Shown: one piece after another, positions 27,907 through 37,616 of the stretch
Position numbering within the stretch: the first letter of the stretch is position 1
Layout of the letters: each line of letters opens with the position of its first letter
DNA from: a virus
Lineage: Duplodnaviria > Caudoviricetes
IMG/VR virus record: IMGVR_UViG_2932189381_000001
Location: 1-64,000 of that record
DNA length: 64,000 nucleotides
Direction: 5' to 3' (one strand)
The notes under the pieces: generated by a model
Told to the model about the DNA's origin: nothing
Database searches by the model: none
The model's input: only the letters and a program-made list of their open reading frames with translations
Translations under genes and position numbers: made by a program

Positions 27907-28668
27907 CTACCGAGGGAACCGCGTCAGCCACGCAGGGAGCGGCTTGTCGTCGGCCCAGTAGTGCAGCAGCGCGTACTTGTACGACAAGAGGTCCACGGCC
28001 CGCACCGAGTGCAGCGCTTCCGGCTCCTCCCGACCGAGCTGCGCCAGAGCCCGCTGCCGCTTGTCCCGGTACACCTGGGGCCGCTTCCGCTCAAACTGCA
28101 GCAGCAGCCGGCGCAGCTGGTCGTCGTCGAGCTGGTTCGCCGACGCGTACAGGCCGTCGAGTTCCAACCGCATCCGCTTCTCGCGCGCGTCCTCGCCCGC
28201 GCGAGCGGCAGCGAGCGCGGAGGAATGTTGGTCGCCGGCATCTTCTTCATCCGTACTTCTTCCGTCACTACTTACTGAAGAGGTACCGCCCGCCGACGTC
28301 GCGCCGACCGACGTGCCGCCGACCGACGTGCCGCCAGCGGTACCCCGGTCCTGCGGTACGTCGTACACCTCAAGCACGGTGATGAAGCGTCCTCGAGGAC
28401 CCTTCTCCTTCCGGCGGATCATGTATCCCGCCGCCTCCAATTCGGCGAAGGCTGCGCGCAGTCCACGCCGCCCCTCGCCGACCACATCGCCGCGGTGCCG
28501 CCGTGCACGGTCCGACAGGGCGTCGGCGTTCGTCTCCCAGCCCGACGGCCGGCTCAGTAGCTCGGCCAGCACGCCGCGCGCCAAGTACGTGAGCCGGTCG
28601 TCTCGCAGCAGCGCGTTCGGCAGGATGGTGAAGTTGTCCGCTGGTCTTGAGCGGCGGATCTTCAGCAC
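27907..28668 (-). CDS. Second replication-initiator-like wHTH protein
   Basis: RRSRPADNFTILPNALLRDDRLTYLARGVLAELLSRPSGW...ELEAAGYMIR. Confidence 0.7.
   Translation of the reverse strand: MLKIRRSRPADNFTILPNALLRDDRLTYLARGVLAELLSRPSGWETNADALSDRARRHRGDVVGEGRRGLRAAFAELEAAGYMIRRKEKGPRGRFITVLEVYDVPQDRGTAGGTSVGGTSVGATSAGGTSSVSSDGRSTDEEDAGDQHSSALAAARAGEDAREKRMRLELDGLYASANQLDDDQLRRLLLQFERKRPQVYRDKRQRALAQLGREEPEALHSVRAVDLLSYKYALLHYWADDKPLPAWLTRFPR
28283..28344. repeat. 15-nt tandem repeats inside rep-like gene (iteron candidates)
   Basis: GTGCCGCCGACCGAC-like x4, encoding GGTSV repeats; next to an AT-richer patch. Confidence 0.55.
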
Positions 28669-28810
28669 TCGCCCCGTCCTATGGAGTCGGCGCAGGGTGA
28701 AGCAATCATGGAAACCCCTGGTGTTCCGCGGGCCGCACGCCCGCTGATCTGAAGAACGGCCGGACGGAAACCCGTCCGGCCGTTCCTGTGGTCTGCGTGC
28801 AGTGCCCGAG

Positions 28811-29272
28811 CTACGCGGCAGCCTCGTTCGTCAGACGGCACGTGCGCAGCGCCTGCCGGATGTCCGCGGCCATCCGCTCCAGCTCGACGGCCAACTCCTC
28901 GCCCTGCGCCTCCGTCAGGTGCGCGTCATTCGCGCTGGTGCCGTCGGCCACGACCAGGTGCGCGGCCCGCATCCGCGGGTCCTGCGACGCCGGGTCCGCG
29001 GTGAGGTTCACGTACCACTCGAGGACGGCCGTCGAGTCGTCGCTCATGTCCGGGACCTGAATGCCGCCACCCGGGCCGTAGTGCGTGATGTCCTCGACGG
29101 CGACCTCCCGCACCTCCGCGTGGTCGACGTGGCACCAGTCGGTGGGGCACTGGATCCACACGGTCTGAACGTTGCCCGGACGGCCAATCGACGCCGGCAC
29201 CAGACGAGGGGCGGCGGGGTGCGGCACCTCGACGGCGGGACGCGCGGGCGTGGTGCATGTACTCTGCTGCAT
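28811..29272 (-). CDS. DUF6907-like protein
   Basis: CPTDWCHVDH...H...LTEAQGEELAVEL. Confidence 0.6.
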   Translation of the reverse strand: MQQSTCTTPARPAVEVPHPAAPRLVPASIGRPGNVQTVWIQCPTDWCHVDHAEVREVAVEDITHYGPGGGIQVPDMSDDSTAVLEWYVNLTADPASQDPRMRAAHLVVADGTSANDAHLTEAQGEELAVELERMAADIRQALRTCRLTNEAAA

Positions 29273-29377
29273 GAGCAGTCCTTTCTTGACGGTTGGGACT
29301 CACTGATCAGCGGACTGGCATCCGCTGTGATGAACAGGCCGGGCGTTGGTAGCGCCCGGCCGTTCGCGTTTTCAGGG

Positions 29378-29866
29378 CTAGTTCGGCACCCGGAAGTGTC
29401 GGTTTCTCCAGGTGAGCAAGCCTTCGTCGACGAGCTCATGCAGGGCGAGGTGAGCTATCAGCGCCGACACGCCGAACTGCCGCCCAACCGGTGCGCCCTG
29501 CAGGCGAGTTCCACGCTTGTAGTCGCCTCGCTCCAGTGCTGCGCGCATTCCCTCTCGGACGGCTGTTCTCTCGGCCGTGGCGTCGTACTCGCGCGCCTTC
29601 TGCGGCCATCCCCTCCCGAGGTGGTGGTAGCCGTTGTACAGAGGACGCTCTTCCAGCATGGCTTTGGCTTCGGCCGCCAGAGCTTCCTCGCGGCTGTCGA
29701 GCCAACTGATCTCGTGGCGTGCAACGTGATGCCACCAGAGCTTGTCTCCCGCGTGCTCCTTGAGGCGCACGTCCGGGTAATGGCTGATGCCGACGTAGAG
29801 CAAGATGCCCGCTGAGTCGTACAGGCGGTAAAGCGCGCTCTTGCCGAGCGGGTAGGGGTTGGTCAT
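29378..29866 (-). CDS. GIY-YIG nuclease fused to a GntR-like wHTH
   Basis: LYRLYDSAGILLYVGIS...RLKEH..K.WW...E..A..EERPLYN; then GDYKRGTRL...QFGVS...ALHELVDEGLL. Confidence 0.8.
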   Translation of the reverse strand: MTNPYPLGKSALYRLYDSAGILLYVGISHYPDVRLKEHAGDKLWWHHVARHEISWLDSREEALAAEAKAMLEERPLYNGYHHLGRGWPQKAREYDATAERTAVREGMRAALERGDYKRGTRLQGAPVGRQFGVSALIAHLALHELVDEGLLTWRNRHFRVPN

Positions 29867-30025
29867 GTGCACCTTCCGCTATGGAGTGGTAGCAGACAGA
29901 ATCGTGCACCGGTATAGGACCAGTGTCAACATGTCTGAGTTGGCGGAGTTGTCAGCCGCTATAGAGCAGCTTGGTTCTCGCAGGTAGACAGGTACCTTTG
30001 ATGCACTCGACCACTTGAGGAGGGC

Positions 30026-30781
30026 ATGGTGAAGGATCCAGCGCAGGGCAAGACTCCGCGCTACGTAGTGATCGCGGATGAGCTGCGTGCGCGGATCAAG
30101 GCCGGCGAGTTCTCGGAGACGGGCAAGCTCCCGAGCGAGCGAGTGCTCACTGAGGAGTTCGACGCGGCCCGGAACACGATCAGGGATGCGCTCCAGCTGC
30201 TACGCGTCGACGACCTGATCGAATCGCGCGGCGGATCGGGTGTGTATCTGCGCAGCTTCCAGCGTATCCAGCAGGACGCCGTCGAGCGCCTGTCTCGGGA
30301 ACAGTGGGGCGCCGGCCGTGCCATCTGGGACAAGGATCTCCAGGGCCGTCCCCGCAGTGAAGACGTGAAGGTGTTCGAGGCGGACCCGCCCGAGCATGTG
30401 GCCCGGACTCTTGGTGTTCAGGGGCAGAAGGTCTGGTGTCGGGACAAGCTCTACCGGGCCGAAGGGCGCATCACCATGCACTCGGTGGCCTGGTATCCGG
30501 CTGACCTCGCCGAAGGTACGGCGATCACCGAGCAGAACACGGGTCCAGGTGGCGCCTATGCCCGGCTGGATGAGGTCGGCCATGGGCCTGCTCGGTTCAG
30601 CGAGGGGATCGAGGTGCGGCTCCCGCTATCGGCTGAGTCGAAGACGCTGGGCATCACGATGAGCACACCGATCATCCTTATCGTCCGAACGGCCTACGAC
30701 TCGGAGGATCGCCCGGTCGAGGTCAATGAGATGAAGCTCGACTCGGACAGCTACAGGCTGATCTACAACTTCCCCTCCTGA
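30026..30781 (+). CDS. KorSA/TraR-like GntR (HutC, UTRA) repressor
   Basis: PRYVVIADELRARIKAGEF...LPSERVL...RNTIRDALQLL; UTRA with RTAYDSEDRPVEV. Confidence 0.88.
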   Translation: MVKDPAQGKTPRYVVIADELRARIKAGEFSETGKLPSERVLTEEFDAARNTIRDALQLLRVDDLIESRGGSGVYLRSFQRIQQDAVERLSREQWGAGRAIWDKDLQGRPRSEDVKVFEADPPEHVARTLGVQGQKVWCRDKLYRAEGRITMHSVAWYPADLAEGTAITEQNTGPGGAYARLDEVGHGPARFSEGIEVRLPLSAESKTLGITMSTPIILIVRTAYDSEDRPVEVNEMKLDSDSYRLIYNFPS

Positions 30782-30797
30782 CCTGCCCGTTACCGCT

Positions 30798-30829
30798 TAG
30801 CCCCCGGCTTCACGGTCGGGGGCTTTCTT
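30798..30829 (+). terminator. Intrinsic terminator
   Basis: AGCCCCCGGC-TTCACG-GTCGGGGGCT-TTCTT. Confidence 0.75.
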
Positions 30830-30839
30830 GTGTCTGCGC

Positions 30840-30904
30840 AACCTGTCTAGAACCAATCCGTTGACCGGAGCTGCCTGGACTGTTTAAGTGGTCCTAGACA
30901 GGTT
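30840..30904 (+). promoter_or_regulatory. Transfer-operon promoter with inverted GntR-type boxes
   Basis: AACCTGTCTAGAACCA (30840-30855) and its near-perfect inverse TGGTCCTAGACAGGTT (30889-30904) flanking TTGACC; related boxes at ~29908 and ~29985. Confidence 0.7.
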
Positions 30905-30951
30905 CCGGCGACCGGGGCCTACCGACCGAGCTATGCCCGAAAGGAGATCCC

Positions 30952-31188
30952 ATGCGCGACACCGCCCCGGCCACCACGGAGAAGCTGCTCCCGGCCGCCG
31001 ACGTGGCGAGCGCCCTGAACCTCTCGCTCACCGCCGTGTACCGCCTCGTCCGCAGTGGCGACCTGCCGAGCCACCGCTTCGGCAAGGGCAAGATCCGCCC
31101 GCGTGGCGTCCGTATCCCGGAGTCCGCCATCGAGGCGTACCTGAACGGCTCCCTCACCGCCCCGACTGCCGCCGAGGAGGCCGCGTGA
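30952..31188 (+). CDS. Excisionase-like HTH_17 protein
   Basis: LLPAADVASALNLSLTAVYRLVRSGDLPSHRFG...VRIPESAIEAYL. Confidence 0.85.
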   Translation: MRDTAPATTEKLLPAADVASALNLSLTAVYRLVRSGDLPSHRFGKGKIRPRGVRIPESAIEAYLNGSLTAPTAAEEAA

Positions 31189-31613
31189 TGACCGCCCCCG
31201 CCCCGACCGCCCCGCTTCCCTCCGCCGCCGCCGAGGCGCTGGCCCGGTTGGAGCGTGCGTTCCTCCCGCTGGCCGTGGTGCGTGCGGTGACCCGCTACGA
31301 GACCGCGGCACTCCGGTTCGACGAGCTGTCGGCGCGCCCGGCGTCGAAGCTGTCGCCGGCGGAAGCCGACGCGCTGCGCCTGGCGCAGGAGACGATGACG
31401 GCCGAGTTCGCCGTGCTGGCGAAGGCAGGCCGGACGGATCTGCTGGCGCCGCTGGAGGTGGCCACCGCGTACCGGTACGCGGCAGCGCACTGCCGGGACC
31501 TCGCGGCGGTCGCCGACTTCGACGGTTGCCTCGCCGCGCAGGACGAGATGGCCATGTGTCGCTGCCGACTGGAGCAGGCGGGTCGGCTCGACCTGATCGA
31601 GGTCGTCCGGTGA
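31188..31613 (+). CDS. Hypothetical protein
   Basis: Internal repeat AGRTDLL/AGRLDLI; coupled start. Confidence 0.6.
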   Translation: MTAPAPTAPLPSAAAEALARLERAFLPLAVVRAVTRYETAALRFDELSARPASKLSPAEADALRLAQETMTAEFAVLAKAGRTDLLAPLEVATAYRYAAAHCRDLAAVADFDGCLAAQDEMAMCRCRLEQAGRLDLIEVVR

Positions 31614-31819
31614 GCGCCGACCTGGCCCGTCTGTCGGCGGCGCGGGAGACGGCGGACCGGATCGTCGCCCAGATCAGTGACTGGGACGGTGGGGAAGCAC
31701 CCCGTCTGCTGGTCACGGTCATCGACCCGGAGACCCGGGAGCGGCTGGGGACGGCGTTCGTCACCATCCGTCCCGAGCCGGCCGCCCGGCCCCTGCGCCT
31801 GGTGCGGGAGGCGTCGTGA
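31610..31819 (+). CDS. Hypothetical protein
   Basis: GTGA overlaps. Confidence 0.5.
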   Translation: MSADLARLSAARETADRIVAQISDWDGGEAPRLLVTVIDPETRERLGTAFVTIRPEPAARPLRLVREAS

Positions 31820-32127
31820 GCGACCACGAGAAGACGAAGGAGCCGCTGCCGCAGCGCCCGAGGGGCCCGCACCCCTACCTGTTCGGCTCCGCGCTGTGAG
31901 CCCCGCCGAGCAGGGCGCGGCTGCGAAGGCGCTCGCGGAGCAGACCCGGCAGCGGATCGCGGCTGCGAAGGCTGCCGCTGCTGCTGCTGAGGCCGCCCGT
32001 AAGGCCACCGGCCGGCGCTAACCCCCTGATCGCCGTGGGGTGGCGGATGTTTCGGCTCCCCTCCGTCCCGCCACCCCGCGGCCCCAACCCCCATCTATCC
32101 CGGCTTGACCATCCGAGGAGATCAGCC

Positions 32128-32460
32128 ATGCCTTATTCCGCCGAGATCATCGAGCCGACCGCCTGGCCCGAGGGCGTCATCGCCCGCTACCTCACCGTCG
32201 GCGGCGGCACCATCGACCTCGCCCTCAAGCAGATCCGCCACACCTTCCCCGACGGGATCTTGGGCACCCGCGGCCTGACCTCGGCAACGTGCACCGGCTG
32301 CCCGGCCACTGGCGACTTCCCGCACTGGCGCAGCCGCACGGGCGTGTGGGCCGGCACGTGGGATGAGGACATCCCCGCCGAGGAGGTCGAAGCCGACGCC
32401 CGCGCGTGGGCCCAGGCCCACGCGGAGACCTGCCGGGCCATGCCCCGACCCGCCGCCTGA
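32128..32460 (+). CDS. Hypothetical protein (CxxC...HAETC)
   Basis: RYLTVGG...CTGC...ARAWAQAHAETCRAMP, RBS GAGGAG. Confidence 0.7.
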   Translation: MPYSAEIIEPTAWPEGVIARYLTVGGGTIDLALKQIRHTFPDGILGTRGLTSATCTGCPATGDFPHWRSRTGVWAGTWDEDIPAEEVEADARAWAQAHAETCRAMPRPAA

Positions 32461-32513
32461 CCAACCCCACCCCCCTCACCCCCACCACTTCGACCCGGAA
32501 GGGCTCACCTGCC

Positions 32514-32756
32514 ATGTCTCCTTACCTGTTCTCCGCCGACCTGGGCGTCACCGACCTCGGCCAGCACGTCCGCGCCACCACGACGATCGCCGAGTTGGAC
32601 GCCGAAGCCCGAGTGCTGTCCATCAGCGACCTGTTCGCCGGCTACGCCGCCGCCGTCGCGTCCGGCGACCGGTCCCGGATGGCGCAGATCCGCCTCGCCG
32701 CCGGCCCCGACCTGCTCGCCGAACTCGACTGGGTCAAGTACCCGGCCGCCGCGTGA
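32514..32756 (+). CDS. Hypothetical protein
   Basis: RBS, codon bias. Confidence 0.6.
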   Translation: MSPYLFSADLGVTDLGQHVRATTTIAELDAEARVLSISDLFAGYAAAVASGDRSRMAQIRLAAGPDLLAELDWVKYPAAA

Positions 32757-32977
32757 TGGGCGTCGACGTGTGGGAGGGCCGGCCCCTCGAGGAGCGCCGG
32801 CCGGTGAGCAGGCCGCTCGCCGAGGAGATCCACTACCGGCTGTACGACCAGGCCGGGCGGCTTCTCAGCTTCAACTCGACGAACAGTCTCGCCTCCCTGG
32901 TCGCGGACGTCGCCGTCACAGCGCGGGAGTACCCGGCCGGCCGTATTACCGCCGTCCAGTACGACGGCCCCGCCTGA
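32756..32977 (+). CDS. Hypothetical protein
   Basis: TGATG coupling. Confidence 0.5.
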   Translation: MGVDVWEGRPLEERRPVSRPLAEEIHYRLYDQAGRLLSFNSTNSLASLVADVAVTAREYPAGRITAVQYDGPA

Positions 32978-33114
32978 CCCCCCGTTCCGCCGTCGCACGG
33001 TCCATGACCCCCCGTCTCCGTGCGGCGGCAGCCCCGGCCCGGCCACCACGGGCGTAGCCGCAAAGGCAACCGGGGCGCTGCACCACCCGACCACCAACCC
33101 GAAGGGAGCCCGTC

Positions 33115-33324
33115 ATGGGCCTGTTCAAGAAGTCCGCCGAGGAGAAGGTCGCGGTCGCCGAGATGCGCGCCGCGGACCGTCGCCTGAACGAGAACTCCGA
33201 CCGGGAGCGCCGCGCCGGTATCCGGGACGAGACGCCCGAGTACCAGCGCCTCAACGCCGCCGCGAACGAGGCCGCCGCGAAGGTGTCGTTCTGGCACGGC
33301 GGCACCCGGCGCAAGACCCGCTGA
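33115..33324 (+). CDS. Hypothetical protein
   Basis: RBS GAAGGGAG. Confidence 0.65.
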   Translation: MGLFKKSAEEKVAVAEMRAADRRLNENSDRERRAGIRDETPEYQRLNAAANEAAAKVSFWHGGTRRKTR

Positions 33325-33423
33325 CCGGCTGTCCGCGGCGCCCGGCCCGTACCGGGCGCCAAGGAGAACTGGCGCAGCACCACCCCCACCCCACCGACCA
33401 TCCACTCGAAGGGATCACCCGTC

Positions 33424-34785
33424 ATGACTGCCAGCCCGCCGAAGCTGAACGGCCAGGCCAGGCCGCCCGTGTTGGGGGACTGGCAGCCCATAGGAGCCGC
33501 CACCCCCGAGCCCGAGACCTCCGCGAGCACCGAGTCGGCGCCGCAGCAGGACAGTGAGCTCGTCGCCCAGGCGCAGGCCGAAGCGATCCGCGCGCAGGCG
33601 TGGGCGGAGTCGGAGGAGCGTCGCCTCGCCGCCGAGGCGGAGAAGGAAGCCGCGCTGAAGCGCGCCGACGCCGAAGCTGAGGCGATCCGGGTGAAGGCGG
33701 AGGAGGAGGCGCGGAAGCTGCGCCTCGCCAACGACCGGCAGGAGCGCAAGGCTGCCGAGGAGCAGGCCGCGTCCGAGGCGCGGATCGCCGAGAGCCGGCA
33801 GCGGAAGGCGGACGCCGACCGCGCCCGCGCCGACGCCGACCGTCAGGCCAAGGAGCAGCAGCAGACCGAGGCCGAGAAGGCTGAGGCTGTCGAGAAGTCC
33901 AGCGAGCGGTGGCGGAACGTGGCCCTCGGCTTCTATGGACTGTGCGCCGCGGTCGCCCTGCCGGTGCAGATGGCCGCGTTCTACGACCCGGACGCCAAGT
34001 ACCTCCTCGTCGCTCCGGTCTTCATCGAGGTGATCGCCCTGGTCGCGCTCGTGGGTGCCGCGGCTGCGGTCACGGACGGGCGCCCGCAGTGGCACTACCG
34101 GCTCGTCGCCTGGGTCGGTGCGCTCACTGCTGCGACGATCAACATCGTTCACGGCCTGGACGCCTTCGACCCCGCGACCGCGTTCGGTACCGCCCTCGCC
34201 TCCGTCGCCGGCCCCGGCATGTGGGACCTCCACGAGCACGGCCGTCTCCGGAAGCGCAACGGCAAGCCGTCGTGGCGAGAGCGCCGCGCGCAGCGGAAGG
34301 AAGCCGAGCGGATTGCCGCTGAGAAGGTCGCGGAAGAGGTGCGCGAGGCGGAGCGCCAGGCGTACCGCGAGAAGGCCGAACGCGAGGCCGTGCAGCAACT
34401 GACCGAGCGTCGCGCGAGCCTCTTCCCGAAGGTGTGGCAGCACGCCGAGAAGCTCGCCGCCGACCTCGGCGAGACGACCGTCACCCAGGCCATCTGGGAG
34501 CGCGCCAAGCTCGACGTCGAGGGCGCGAAGCCGGGCGAGTCCGCCGAGGTTCTGCGGATGCGTAACGCCGCCGAAATGAGGGTCGAAGCCGCCCGCGAAA
34601 AGCGGTGCGTAAACGGATCATCACAGCAGGTCGCATCGCAAGTGCTCGGCCCGAAGAAGACCCGCGTCTACAACCCTCCTGCGCGCCGCGGAGTGCGCAC
34701 GTCGGGCGACTCCCCGAAGCAGTCGCCGGGAGCCCGCCGACAGGCATCCATCGCCGCCAAGAACGCCCGCCAGAACGCCAACTAA
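33424..34785 (+). CDS. Pra/SpdB-like (DUF2637-type) coiled-coil membrane protein
   Basis: Long N-terminal coiled coil, about 4 TM helices (ATINIVH...ASVAGPGMWDLH), upstream of traB. Confidence 0.7.
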   Translation: MTASPPKLNGQARPPVLGDWQPIGAATPEPETSASTESAPQQDSELVAQAQAEAIRAQAWAESEERRLAAEAEKEAALKRADAEAEAIRVKAEEEARKLRLANDRQERKAAEEQAASEARIAESRQRKADADRARADADRQAKEQQQTEAEKAEAVEKSSERWRNVALGFYGLCAAVALPVQMAAFYDPDAKYLLVAPVFIEVIALVALVGAAAAVTDGRPQWHYRLVAWVGALTAATINIVHGLDAFDPATAFGTALASVAGPGMWDLHEHGRLRKRNGKPSWRERRAQRKEAERIAAEKVAEEVREAERQAYREKAEREAVQQLTERRASLFPKVWQHAEKLAADLGETTVTQAIWERAKLDVEGAKPGESAEVLRMRNAAEMRVEAAREKRCVNGSSQQVASQVLGPKKTRVYNPPARRGVRTSGDSPKQSPGARRQASIAAKNARQNAN

Positions 34786-34808
34786 CTCACCCCTGGAGTG
34801 ATCAAACT

Positions 34809-35270
34809 ATGAACGCCTCTCTTCGCCGCATCGCCGTCTCGACCACCGCCACCGTCGCCCTCCTCGGAGGGGCCGCCGCGACCGCCACCGCCGCCGCTCC
34901 GGAGCACGAGGCGACCGTCGTCGCGATCGCCCGCACCGACATCCAGCCCGGCCTCACCAACGGGGTCGCTCCCGCCAACGGTGGCAGCGGCGCACCGCTG
35001 AACGGCCCGCAGCAGCAGATGCCCGCCGGCTACCCGCAGCAGATCCAGACCCAGGCGTCCGGAGCGGCGATCGGCACGGGTGTTGCCGCCATCGCGATCC
35101 TCGGCCTCGTCGTCTTCTTCCGGGTCAAGGGCGGCCACCTGAAGGTCGGTGACGCGGTCGTCGTCACGATCCTCGGTGTCGCGCTCGCCGGAACCGTGAT
35201 CGGCGGCATGGCCGATCAGCTCACGGACACCGGTGTCGCTTCGCTCAGCAACATCCTCGGCGGCCTCTGA
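34809..35270 (+). CDS. Spd-like signal-peptide/membrane protein
   Basis: Signal-like N-terminus plus two TM segments. Confidence 0.6.
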   Translation: MNASLRRIAVSTTATVALLGGAAATATAAAPEHEATVVAIARTDIQPGLTNGVAPANGGSGAPLNGPQQQMPAGYPQQIQTQASGAAIGTGVAAIAILGLVVFFRVKGGHLKVGDAVVVTILGVALAGTVIGGMADQLTDTGVASLSNILGGL

Positions 35271-35331
35271 TCCACCCCTCGTGCGGGGCCCGGACCGGGC
35301 CCCGCCCCTGACCCCTGGAAGGACAGGCCCC

Positions 35332-37596
35332 GTGGCCACCGAAACCGAGTACCAGCCCTACGAGCCGTTCGAGCCGGTCGACTGGCTCGCCGAGGAGCCG
35401 GCCAAGCCCGCAGAGCCGTCCCGCGCCGACCGCGCCAAGGTGGCGTTCAAGGAGCAGCGCGGCCACGCCGCCACCCGCACGAAGGACTGGCTCGCGGGTG
35501 GCGACCTCGACCAGGTCACCGTCTTCGAACTCGCCGCCAAGAAGAAGCAGCGCAAATACGACAGCGGGCTGACCCAGCAGGAGCGGACTGCTGCCGAAGC
35601 TCGCGCCCGCTTCGAAGTCGCCAAAACCCAAGCCGAAGCCAGCGAGAAGGGCGGTAACGCCAGCAGCCTGGCCGGCTACGCCGGGAGGACCGCCGCGGCA
35701 GAAGCCAAGCTCGAGCAGTTGCGAGCCCGGCCTGTCCTCCCGCCGACCGACTGGGAGATCGCCGCCGCCCGCACCAGTAAGAAGGCAACCCGTGCCGCGA
35801 TCGTCGCCGGGGGCGGACTGGGTGCCATGTCCGTCCTGGGCGGGGCGATAGAGCAGGCCGCGACCGGGCAGCCGATGCTCCTTGCCGTGGTCACCACCGC
35901 CGCCGGGTACGGCTGGTACCTGATCTCCCGCCCGTTCGTCCGCGGTCAGGCTGGTGAGGCCCCTTTCGGGATGGCCCCGGCGAGCCTGCCCGCCACGTTC
36001 CAGGCGGAGCCGACCGGGGGAGCGATGGGCGTCGGATCGCACGTCGTCATGAACGTCGAGCAGCTCGCCGACGACGCCAAGCCCTTCCCGCTGCGGGGCG
36101 CGTCCACGCCTGAGCGGCTCGCCGAATGCGTCCTCCTCGCCGCCCGCGCCGAGAACGTGCCGATCGTCGAGGTGTCGGACGTGACCCGTCAGCCCTGGGG
36201 CTGGCAGTGCACGGTACGCGTCGGCGAAGGCACTCCCGAGGCGATCATTTCGAAGGCGGGTGACCTCGAGACCCGGTTCGATCTGAAGACGAACGGTGTC
36301 CGCCCGCAGCCCCTCAGGGCGCGTCGCGCCTGCGCGATCCTGCGCTTGGTCGAGGGCGACCCGTTCGCCACCGCCCCCGGCCTGCCCTACCGGGCCCCCA
36401 AGTCCCTGTCGATCACCGACGCGTTCCGTATCGGCACCAGTGTCGGCGGCGACCCGCTCGAGCTGTCCCTGGCCGGCGTCATGGGCCTGTGGGTGGCGGC
36501 GTCCGGCGGCGGCAAGACCGGCATCCTGCAGGCGCTCGCCGAAGGAGTGACGGCCTGCCGGGACAACATCACCATCGACCTGGATCCGTTCGGGGACGGC
36601 CTGGAGGACCTCGGTGACGCCGTCCGGATCACCGCGCGCAGCAACGAGCAGATCGAAGCGGTCCTGCTGTTCTTCCTGGTCATGGCCAAGGGCCGGGCCC
36701 GGCTGCGGGCGAAGCTCGGCATGGGCAAGAAGTGGAAGCCCAGCCCGAAGCACCCCGCCGTCACGATCTTCTTCGACGAACTGCCGAAGGCCAGCACCCT
36801 GGCCAAGCGCCTGTACAACGACCTGCTGCTCGTCGGCCGCAAGGAGCTGATCGTCGTGGAGGCCGCGTCGCAGGGCGGCCAGAGCTCCTACCTCGGAGCG
36901 AACATCGCCCAGATGGTCGCCCTCAAGGCAGTCGGCCCCTGCAAGGTCGAGGACACCAGGTCGGTCCTCGGGGACGGCTCCGTGAAGGAGGGCTACCTCC
37001 CGCACAAGCTGTCCCCGGCGACCCAGACCGACCCCAAGGACGCCGGGCACATCTTCATCCAGGGCGTGCCCGGGATGGCGGACGAGCCGATCGAGTACGC
37101 CGTCCATGAGGTGCCGTCCGCGGTACTGCGGCAGCTCGGGCAGGAGCGGCTTGAGGCCGGCCTGCTGGACCCGGACCAGGACAGCCTCGACGCGATGCGC
37201 GGCGTGGACCTGCCCGAGTACGTCGAGCCGGAGTACGACAAGGACGGCGACCTGAAGAAGCCGGCGCCGGTCGAGCTCCTCACGTGGGAGCAGCTGCTGC
37301 GCCTGTGCGATGCCGAGCCGCCCGCGGGTGCCGAGCTGTCGGACGGCCCAGCGCGGGCTGCGGTCGAGGACGCGGTGACCGTCATGGAGAAGGCGGGCGT
37401 CGACCGGATGAAGACCGAGGTGCTCCTTGCCGCACTCCAGGAGTACGACCCGGACGCCTACGGGGAGTTGGGTGTCGACGAGTTCAAGGCGCTGCTGAAG
37501 AAGGCGGGCGCCGGGGCGCCGCTGACGCTCGGTCCGATCGGTGAGGAGAAGAATCCGCGCGGCTTCAAGCGTGATCGCCTCCGTCACCTCCTGTGA
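35332..37596 (+). CDS. traB: TraB-like FtsK/SpoIIIE conjugative DNA translocase
   Basis: Two N-terminal TMs, Walker A AASGGGKT, Walker B IFFDE, GRK.LI...ASQ, C-terminal wHTH ending NPRGFKR. Confidence 0.85.
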   Translation: MATETEYQPYEPFEPVDWLAEEPAKPAEPSRADRAKVAFKEQRGHAATRTKDWLAGGDLDQVTVFELAAKKKQRKYDSGLTQQERTAAEARARFEVAKTQAEASEKGGNASSLAGYAGRTAAAEAKLEQLRARPVLPPTDWEIAAARTSKKATRAAIVAGGGLGAMSVLGGAIEQAATGQPMLLAVVTTAAGYGWYLISRPFVRGQAGEAPFGMAPASLPATFQAEPTGGAMGVGSHVVMNVEQLADDAKPFPLRGASTPERLAECVLLAARAENVPIVEVSDVTRQPWGWQCTVRVGEGTPEAIISKAGDLETRFDLKTNGVRPQPLRARRACAILRLVEGDPFATAPGLPYRAPKSLSITDAFRIGTSVGGDPLELSLAGVMGLWVAASGGGKTGILQALAEGVTACRDNITIDLDPFGDGLEDLGDAVRITARSNEQIEAVLLFFLVMAKGRARLRAKLGMGKKWKPSPKHPAVTIFFDELPKASTLAKRLYNDLLLVGRKELIVVEAASQGGQSSYLGANIAQMVALKAVGPCKVEDTRSVLGDGSVKEGYLPHKLSPATQTDPKDAGHIFIQGVPGMADEPIEYAVHEVPSAVLRQLGQERLEAGLLDPDQDSLDAMRGVDLPEYVEPEYDKDGDLKKPAPVELLTWEQLLRLCDAEPPAGAELSDGPARAAVEDAVTVMEKAGVDRMKTEVLLAALQEYDPDAYGELGVDEFKALLKKAGAGAPLTLGPIGEEKNPRGFKRDRLRHLL

Positions 37597-37616
37597 CCGA
37601 TACGCGAACTATGTAC

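Noticed and set aside
29338-29362. Match of a 20-nt spacer end (GGTGTTGGTAG) to hairpin GGCGTTGGTAG
   Set aside because: PAM-distal end only; the hairpin looks like a generic phage UTR motif (similar one at ~54620). No convincing self-target found by eye.
32756-32977. GIY-YIG nuclease (HYRLYDQAGRLL)
   Set aside because: Lacks the YIG, Arg and Glu catalytic elements; too short.
30026-37596. Autonomous AICE inserted into the prophage
   Set aside because: No integrase, RepSA or att-like direct repeats seen at the module edges; not fully excluded without comparative data.
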